A stretch of DNA of 61,888 nt, counting the filler, from Sluysia triapertura (lineage: Eukaryota): the NCBI GenBank assembly GCA_046118255.1. It is 5 parts of 5 records of this genome, joined end to end, with 100 filler letters (N's around TTAATTAATTAA, not from the genome) between each part and the next. Parts side by side here need not be neighbours in the genome. Positions count along the whole stretch, not along the records: positions 49,056 to 61,888 come from JBJNIA010079155.1; 4 more parts are not named here. The stretch is one strand, 5' to 3'. Below the pieces are notes generated by a model, which was not told where the DNA came from, made no database searches, and was given only the letters and a program-made list of their open reading frames with translations. Position numbers and translations under genes: made by a program. Shown here in pieces: positions 52,802 through 61,888 of the stretch (positions are counted from its first letter, which is position 1; every line of letters begins with the position of its first letter).

Positions 52802-55800
52802 TTGTAATTGCTTCATTATTGTGTTTGGAATTTTCGATCATAACTGATATGTGATTATTTGATGCTCTGTATTTTCACTGTCTTTATTCATGCAGCAGTA
52901 ACTATATAAACTTGGAGCAGGTGGAGCTAAATTATGGCATGACAATTCTGAAATAAATGAATGTGTTGAGCTCACTGGTTCTGTTGTTATTGTATCACAA
53001 GCCTCTAATAATATGTTAGGTGCACATTATTTTTATTAGGTATATATTAGTATATGTTTTGTCACTGATATCTGTATATGATTATTACGGAATTTTTGTT
53101 TGAAATTCGAAAAAGCTAATGATTTTAATTTTGTATTAACAGAAACTAAACGAATTGCTTATTGACAGAGTAAGATGATTCTATTACGCATTTTATGTTT
53201 CGAAGATTGTTAAATTATTATTTTGTTGAATACATTCAGCTACTTGATCTTCTTGCCTGTTTAATTTGATTATTTTGGTTACTCATTTATATATTTCTCT
53301 GGGTATGCAGTTGTAAGTGACAAGTAGTTTCTAGAAACTTGTCGCTGGTAAAATAGATGGATTTTGCATTGAATTATGAAGTGTAATTAATATTATTAGT
53401 AATTTGTTGGTATAGTTGTTTAATTTTCATTGGTTGGAAAGGAAATAAAGAATATATGGTAGAGACTTAGCAAGGATTGAGTTGCGAGGAAAAAGAGTCG
53501 TGATCGTTTTTATAGAAATTGCATTGTTATATTATTATGACTATGTTTAATTTTACGTTTTTGAGGTTTTATGTTGATGACTAATATTTATGTGATTGTG
53601 TATTTGTTTAATGTTTATATAAAAATGTTTTGATTATTTATGTTGAACCACCATAGCCTCAAAAATCACAATTATAAAAACATTCGTGGAAATATTCTGT
53701 TTATACAAATTCTGGACTGCAATTCTTTTTTGAAGTACATAGTAAATGTAATTTTTAAAAGTAATACAAAATAAAATCATCAAAAATAAAAATTAAATAA
53801 ATAAACGGTAATGGACAACAAGATTATGATTAGAATGACATGATACCGCAGTAAAATAATAAACTTCAGGGATTAAAAATTATAAAAAATTAATAGCATC
53901 ATAAAAATTTGTAGAAAGCTGTGATTAATAATCAAAATATATCAGATTAAAGTAAATCCGATTCATCTAATAAAGACAGTGAATTTGTTAATAAAATTAC
54001 CTCAAATTTTATTTGATTATATTATAAATTATAATAGATTTAATTTAACACTGGAAGAAAAATGTCAAGTTATTGCTTTTGTAGTACAACCATAATTTAA
54101 TTCAAATTTAGTAGAAGTTAAATCAATGAAATTTCGCATGTCCGAATTTATATTTATGTGATTTATGAGGTTGCCCACTGCAACCATGTTACTTATTTCT
54201 GGGTGATAATATTGATGATAATAATAGTAGTTTCCTATGTACTCTTGTGTGTGTTATTGAAAGAAGCTTTTTGTCATTTAGGTTTATCGCCAGATATTTT
54301 TGATAAACGTATTAAAATTTATTGATGAACATCTAAATATGCACAAAGAGGTTTTTATTATATAATTTAGCATGGGTAACAAATTTAAGTTATATAAATA
54401 CTACACATGGTTTAATTTAAATTGTTAAATAATCGTTTAAAATGTTAAAGACCATATCATGAAAAAGTATTTCTTTTGTTGGACATGGATTAGAGTTTCT
54501 GTTGTATTAGTAAAATTATAAAAACTAGATATAATAGATAACTAATTAATAGTATTAAATCTTTAATACTATAAATCACTTATGAAAACTATAGTTTTAT
54601 TAAATTATTTGCATTTTATTTTTTTAGGAGCTTTAGTTTATTTCCTGATGTTTCGATAAGATTAGACTACAATGGAACTAGAGTCGACTTTTCAAAGGTT
54701 ATATTAATTTATTGAAATTTAATAACTACAGACACATCACATAAATGATAATATTCAATTACACAAACCTGATCACAAAAATACATTATAACAAGTCTTG
54801 TCCATATCATTCACAACATCACCTTATTCATCCTTACAAAATTACAGATGCCTAATAAGATATGTTTTATTAACATTTTAGATCAAAACATTAAACACAA
54901 TACTCGTTGTCATCCTGTCATCATTATGACACAACACTTCTTTTGGTGTCTCGCAATTTTCCTTTTTACATTTTTATATTTTATATCTCTACAATTTTAT
55001 AATTTTATAATTTTACATTTTTACAATTTTATTATCGCATAACTATGTAATTTTGTATTTTTGTATCTTTATAACTTTATAATTTTATGTTTTTGTATTC
55101 TAAATTGTCTTTTAGGAAAAAGATGTAATATTTTTTCAAAGCAAAAACAAATATAAAGAAAATATTGTTTTAAATAACAATGCAGTTCAGATTCAAATTG
55201 TACCTAATCTTTTCATTTGTATTTCAAAAATGATTATTTCTGTTTGGAAGTTGTTCATTTGTTTATTATTTATTGGATTTTTAAAATGATATTCGAATAC
55301 TTGCTGTTTTCAATGTTACATAGAAGAAAACAACAAGCTGTTATGCTCTGATGCAGAATTGATTGGATTATACAAAAATTGTACCATGTCAATTGTACCA
55401 TGTACTATCAAAACGTAACTGTAACTAAAATTGATTTTGACCAATATGTCAAAAGCATTCAATTTAGTGTTGAAGACCCGAAAATAAACATGTGGTCTAA
55501 TATTTACTTTAATTTAACTACCGAAAATGTCAGAGAAACATTTAAAAACATTTCAAATTATGTTAGACTATTATATTTTAAAGAAATATCCAATAACATT
55601 GATTATGATTCTTTATCGGATTTAAATTAAGTTCAACAGTTTATTATTTTCAATTTGCCTTTTAGTTTGCCAAGATACATGATTTTAAATTCTGGTTCTC
55701 TTTGAGGGCGTGGGTTTAAATCCCACTCCTTACACTTTATATATTATGACTTTATATATTTCGTTATTTATGCTGATGAAATTGAGATTAACTTTAAGTA

Positions 55801-58800
55801 ATTTATCAGTTATATGGTCAAAATTTAGGATGGCTTTATGCACTTTATTGATTATGTGTCCACAATTTACAACGTCATCTATGTAAAATTCAACATTATA
55901 AAAATAACAAAAAAAAGTCTTTTATTAAGCATAAACAATTATAACGGGGGCAAAAAACAACGTCGTTCACATGTCACTCTTGAAATAAAACGTAGATCAA
56001 ATAAAAAATGTTAAGTAAACATGACTTACATGTAGCATCAGTAACAACTTGAATTAGCCTGAAATCACGGTTCGTCTAGCAAAAGTCTTCCTTTACGTCT
56101 AGGGTACTTCCTGTATCATCCGAAAACTCCTGATGAGTGTCAGTCAAAGCTAACCTCGAAATGTACTTCACTGTACGTCTTATTTCGAATTTATGTTTAT
56201 CAGGACAAGCTTTTTCTATCTCTTTATATACTTTATTGAATAACAGAAATATTTTCTTTACAAAATTAAAACAACTTTTAACCCTTTCAGCCCCGAATTT
56301 TTTTCCTTAAGATATATGGTGATTTATTGTCTTTATAGATTATGATTTAGGAAAAATGTATGAAAATTGTAAATATTGACGTGAAGTAAAAATAAATAGG
56401 TCAAAGTTATAGCTAAGATTATGCTCTTCGTATTACTTTAGTAGGATCTTGCATAGGAGTTGTGTAAGAGAAAAAATCGCCATTGACGCCATATGGCGGT
56501 CCCGGGGCTGAAAGGGTTAAAATAATGAACTTATCTTTATCAGAACAAGCTTTATTAATTTTTTTATATACTATATTGAATGACATAAACACTATCCTTA
56601 CAAAATTAAAAACATCTTTTAAAATAACAAACTTATCTTTATCAAAACAAGCTTTATTTATTTTTATATATACTTTATGAATCGTGATACGCAAACTTTT
56701 TCTTCGTTTCAGAACTAAGTAATGCAATATATAAAATTATTATTAAAACCACATCGGCCACAATAAGATTTTTGTTAGAAAATTTATTAATTATAAAGTG
56801 CATTTGCCCATGATAATAATTATAATTGCTTTTAATTCAATTTTAAAAATTTAAGAAATAAAAACTTATAAAAATGTCACTTATGATTTTATAATATAAT
56901 TTAAAATTTATTGATAGGGTCTAAGAGGTCTTTTGTACATTCTAATGCAATTGAATAATGTGGTATTGATAATTCGAAAGAGGTGTTATCAAGATGGTAT
57001 CACAGGTTTCGAAAGTTTAATACAATACTTGATTAAAGACATATGGGATGAAATATATTCACAGTTATCAAATATAATAATTAGAATGGGACCTATAGCT
57101 GAAATTACGGACATATGTTAGTCATGAAAAGTTTCATTAAATTTGAATATGAAATTGTTTTTAAAAGTAAATAAAATTTTTATTGTAGTCTTTAATTGGC
57201 TCTTTTAGAATAAAATTAAATCATTGATTTTTGTATAAAAACATAAGTTACTGTTATAAATTACGTAAATTAATTGTATATCACTATTGTTTCCAAATTC
57301 TGCTTTATAATAATTACCGATTGATAACATTAAGCAAAAAATATTTATGTAACACCGTTATGGTGAAGAAACAATAAAAAAATAAAATAACATTTTAGGA
57401 TGAGAGAAACATGTTAATCCTTTAAAAACTTATCTATTATCAAAGTAAATATGAAAAGCAGACAACACAAAAAAATTGACTAAAAGATTTCATAACTCTT
57501 ATCTTAACACTAGAAACAGAGAATGCCACATTTGTATAAAAAAAACTATGTAGTTCCAAACTAACACTTGGTGTACTTTTTAAGATTCAGGAATCAATAT
57601 TATCTGAAGATTATAAAACTGTTTTATTATTAACAATAGTCGATATCAATGAAAGATTCCAACAATCGTTGAATCCTATTGATTGTGATAAAGTGTTAGT
57701 TTCAAAAGATGTGAAATACAATTATGTGTATTAAGTCGTGCATTGTTCCACGTTCATTGTTTTCATTAGCGTTCAGAACCTATCAAAATCAATGAAATAT
57801 ATCGTTTTCAATTCATATCTTGTTTTATATTAAAAAACTTTGGTATAAATTACTTGCAGAATTAAATTACGAAAGTCGACTTCATCTTTATAAGACTATA
57901 ATTATTCTAAAATTTATTTACATTTTCTGTCTTGTCTTAGAATCATTTTGTGCTGGTTATAAAATAGAAGCTGAAAAAAATGGCCAGAATTTTGTATTAT
58001 CAAGGTAATTTCTTCTATGAACATAGTTAGTTATCCTAAACATATAGAATTTAGATCGTAGTCTTTGATTCAGTGTGTTCGTGTAATTCGTTGCAAAATA
58101 AGTAAAACCAAAGTACGTGAATGATTTCAGCTTTTATTGAACCTTTTAGCAAGCTTTTTGTATTTGACATTATTTTCAATTATAGTAAGAACTGTATAAT
58201 TTTGTCTTTATTCATTTATTAAGGGTTGATCATTTAACCAAATCCAAATTTAAAATTATACGATTCAATAAAAAAAATTATAATTCATTATGTTTATGCT
58301 AGTACTAAAACCTTTGAATTATACGTAATTAACAAAAGGTCAGCTATAGGAATTAGTGTAAATTCTCTGCCACATACCCTATCAATTCTTTAGAGATACT
58401 CTGATTCAGAATGCATTTAAGTATTTATTTATGCAACAATAATATTTAACTCCAAAACAAAATATATAATAAACGCAGAATTTTTAAAGGTAAACACATT
58501 TGGTAAAGGTATTAAATTAATTAAAATATTCATGTTAAAATTTAAGCAAAGTATATGTAAAATTACTTAGATTTATTTGAAATTTAAAAGTATTGTGTTC
58601 AGTTATTTTTACACGCTTAGTTTTAGTTCAAAAGATTGGTCTATCTTGATATTTTAATCAAAATTATAAGAGTATATATATAATTTGGACTTGTGATTTA
58701 ATGTGAGTTCTAATCTAAAATCCCTGCAATAATTTAAAGTAAATGTTTTAAAATATTCTAAAGTAAAATGCAACAACATTTAATAACGTACACAAATTAA

Positions 58801-59597
58801 ATCTGGCCAAACTTAAAACAATAACAATTTTGTTCTGAAGGTTATTCTATTATGTTATTTCACTAATAATTTCGTGAATATTTAAACAATTGTCTTCCAA
58901 AAACTATCTTCAATAATATTTTTCAGTAACGATAATCAAAATTTATTTTTATTTTCAATAAGTCTAATGTATATATAATACTTTTTTCTGTTATAAATTT
59001 GCGACTAATAACTTTCATTTTCATAAAGATATTCTCTATAATCAACATCATAATTAATATTTTACTTTCTAACCAATTTAACTCCATGATTTATTGGATG
59101 TATTGCCAATTTCCTTTATGTATTGGATAATTACACAATATAATACACAATACACAGTGTATTATTTTTCATATTACGCACTTATTTATTTATATCCTTT
59201 TGTTTCTAGCAGTATTCTCTTTTTAACAGATTTTTCGTATTTTATTGAAGTCTACGTTTAATTTGTAATATTTTCTGGATGATAATTAAGTATAATGGAT
59301 TTCTGCCTTCGTATTTGTTTATTAGTTTCTGGCTTCTGCTTTGTGACTTAGAAATGTTTTCTTATTTCTTTTTGGTGGTTATAAATGTTTTTTGAGTTGT
59401 AATGGGAAGATATATGGATATTTGGATATTTTCAGATATTGTAAAAAGCAATGAAATTGTATTTTAAATGCTTTTCTCAAATTATTTACAATGTTTATGG
59501 AATTTTTACGTCCATAATAAAATATATTCTTTAATATTACAATTTAGAATAAAAAGTTTGCATTAAATAATTTATACTTAAGTAATATTTTTATCGC

Positions 59598-59646
<49 letters not shown>

Positions 59647-60526
59647 CGTGCTTAAAAATTTTATAAATTAAGTTGTATCTCATTTAAGCGTTCTTATTTA
59701 TCAAGTTAATGTTTGAGAATGATTTAATATTTTGAATAATATACAGTCGAAGCTGTGCAGTTTCCTGGAGCTCATAATGTGACTAATAATTTATATAAAA
59801 TTGAATAAATTTTACATATTAACATAGATGAACATAGTCAATTACCTTTCATTATAATATTGTAATAAATATTAAAGTTATGGTAACTAAGTTATTTCCA
59901 ATAAGGCACCTTTCTATTTCCAAGTTTGTTTTGCATTAATTATTTTCTTGCTCTATAGCTTTGTCAAAAGTTAATATTCGTAATAAATCGAAATGTTCCT
60001 GTGTATTTTGCTTGAATAATCTTCAATATATGTCAAATCTTGTTTAGTTTTTTTGTGATTTTCGTGTTATTTTATTTTTAGACTGCTCAGATAATATATA
60101 ATTAATTATATTTTCATTAATTCTACTTTCTTTATTACTTGTTCTTCAATTTAATATTTTGAATGTTTTAATTTTTATTATTACTTTAAAATGTTTGAAT
60201 TCATTTTAAATATATGATTTTTAATTTTACTTTAAAATTATTTAATTCCTTTTTAATTAGTTAATATTATTCAAGTATTTCAAAATAACTCATTTTAATT
60301 ATTTAAAACAACTAAAATTTACAAGAATTAAACACAAGTTTTATTTATTTTATGTCCAGTGTTGGGATTTTATAACTTTTTCAATTTACCTTATCAACAT
60401 TACCGAAATCAGGACAGTTTGCTTAAAGGTATCAAACTTGGCACTCGTGCTTTCACAACGAATAGTTTATGGGCCGCATTAACTCTCATTTCCAAAGGAC
60501 TAAGAATGTTTCAGAAAATGGCTGAG
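49453..60526 (+). CDS. ATG2: ATG2-like autophagy lipid-transfer protein, four C-terminal exons (49453-49868, 54628-54697, 56918-57116, 60360-60526)
   Basis: Spliced STVFIR|SFSLFPDVSIRLDYNGTRVDFSK|GLRGLLYILMQLNN...RMGPIAEITDI|LLGFYNFFNLPYQHYR...GTRAFTTNSLWAALTL...QKMAE matches the ATG2 C-terminal motifs; all GT-AG phases agree. Confidence 0.9.
51821..52645 (-). pseudogene. Decayed orphan ORF inside an ATG2 intron, with short tandem peptide repeats
   Basis: 152-aa open part plus upstream NVYVKDESN/NVYIEDKSN/NPYVKDKSN repeats (52415-52510). Confidence 0.35.
55690..55734 (+). pseudogene. tRNA-Leu 3'-half fragment (variable arm, T arm, acceptor strand)
   Basis: TTCTGGTTCTCTTTGAGGGCGTGGGTTTAAATCCCACTCCTTACA resembles the tRNA-Leu(CAA) 3' half; GTGGG/CCCAC T-stem intact, TTC mutated, 5' half absent. 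Confidence 0.7.
56197..56680. repeat. 102-bp tandem repeat, ~2.5 units, interrupted by a MITE
   Basis: ttatcagaacaagc at 56537, ttatcaaaacaagc at 56639, first unit at ~56197. Confidence 0.8.
56282..56516. mobile_element. piggyBac-type MITE
   Basis: Perfect 14-bp TIR CCCTTTCAGCCCCG, TTAA on both sides; the next repeat unit shows the empty single-TTAA site. Confidence 0.93.
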
Positions 60527-61888
60527 GTTAGAAAACGTTTATGTATTTACTAAATATAATGTTGTAATATCAAAAAATAAAAATTGAAAAAATAAAATCA
60601 ATAAATACTGTAGTTATTGATGTTTATATAAACTTGATTAACCATGTACATTTGAGCATCGATTTAAAAAAGACTTGAGTGTACTAAATTAAAATTTCCA
60701 GTGATGCTATTCAATCATTGAAAAATCTGAAAATCATAAAGCTTAATTTAGGATTATTCGAGTAGATATCAAGTAACAAAACAAAATATATATTGGTGAA
60801 TTAGGTTACTTATTGAACAAAAATAAATTTTATCTTGCTTTATACATTTGTATGTTTGAGATATTTATAAGAGTAGCTGTCAAAAATCATCAGTGACAAA
60901 AATGGTTCGTGTATTCGAATGAAATAGTATTTCATCTTTCTGGTGTAGTTAATTTCCACAATATACATTTTTATAATTGTTATTATTGTTGTTAGATTGT
61001 CATCAAAACCTACTAAATTCACCTAAAAATCTTAATTTGATAATAAAAGAAATCTTATTTTCCGAAAAGAGACTTATTTTCTAAAAAAGAAAACTTACCT
61101 TCGACAATAAACTACATTCTAAAAATAGAAAATAAAGTTTCTAGAATATATATACAACTGCAGCTGAATCACAAAGCAACACCATAGTATTCAGCCATTT
61201 TTGTTTTAAAAATTGTTTATATCAAGGAAATTACTTTTTAACCATTTTGCTTTTAACATTTTGATTTAGAAGAAATACTAGTATTTGTTTGGTTTTTAAG
61301 CATTCATATTGGAGAATACATCAATTACTGATCAATATCAAAAGATTGCAAGGAAAAAATTTTGTACTTTATCAGGCTATTTCTAAAATATACTTAAATT
61401 ATTCATTAGTGAGGGCTAAATTTTAATTTAAAATATTAAAGCACATAAATTAAAAGCTCAAGGAGCTTTAATTTTATAATCTCGATCTTCACTTTCTTAT
61501 ATTTCGTAATTGTCTACCGAATAATTTATTGTCATTATTGTGAATAAAACTTATTTTTGATTTAATTTTGTTTTTTAAATTAACTAAAGTTTGATATTGA
61601 AAATGTCAGATTAACTAGTGTACTGAATTTAATAAATAAAATAAGTCAATTTTATTTAGTAATTTTACAATTAACAAAAATAATTAATTAATGTTATTAA
61701 ATTGTAAAGATTTTAAGTTTTATGGGATTTTAAGATTGTGGAATCAAAAATTATCAGTGAGTAGACGTTATTAACTATTTGGATTCACCGTTGTTATACC
61801 TAACGTAAGTACGATATATTAAAATCTGGCAAAACTTCAAATCTTTAAAACTTAATAACAAATGAATTATTTTTATTAATTGTAAAAT

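Noticed and set aside
52921-53039. Possible extra ATG2 exon ending ttttattag|gt
   Set aside because: The long frame hits a stop, and exon 49453-49868 already splices in phase to 54628 with the expected VFIR motif.

Overview
Very AT-rich eukaryotic DNA, probably from an invertebrate (TTTCAG-type acceptors, Tc3-like transposon). It is five ~11-14 kb contigs joined by artificial 100-nt N44-TTAATTAATTAA-N44 linkers, so adjacency across the gaps is not evidence of synteny. Host genes: a 445-aa ORF ending in a SUMO-like domain, two exons of a TM9SF1-like gene and four phase-consistent exons of an ATG2-like gene. Mobile DNA: a full-length decayed Tc3-like element, several TTAA-flanked piggyBac-type non-autonomous elements, a solo LTR and a decayed Ty3/Gypsy element (13741-22593, minus strand). 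Two things stand out. (1) The Gypsy element has the order gag-(ubiquitin-like domain)-env-pol, where env is a chuvirus/herpes-gB-like class III glycoprotein placed upstream of, and running into, the protease. (2) A gene-dense, apparently intronless, virus-like cassette (32.5-37.3 kb) carries two inverted paralogues of a DEDDh-exonuclease-fold protein that lack the catalytic acidic residues. They flank a TM/PPxY protein and a secreted FN3-like protein, and the cassette flanks recur in another contig. All family assignments come from manual translation and motif recognition; no database search was run.
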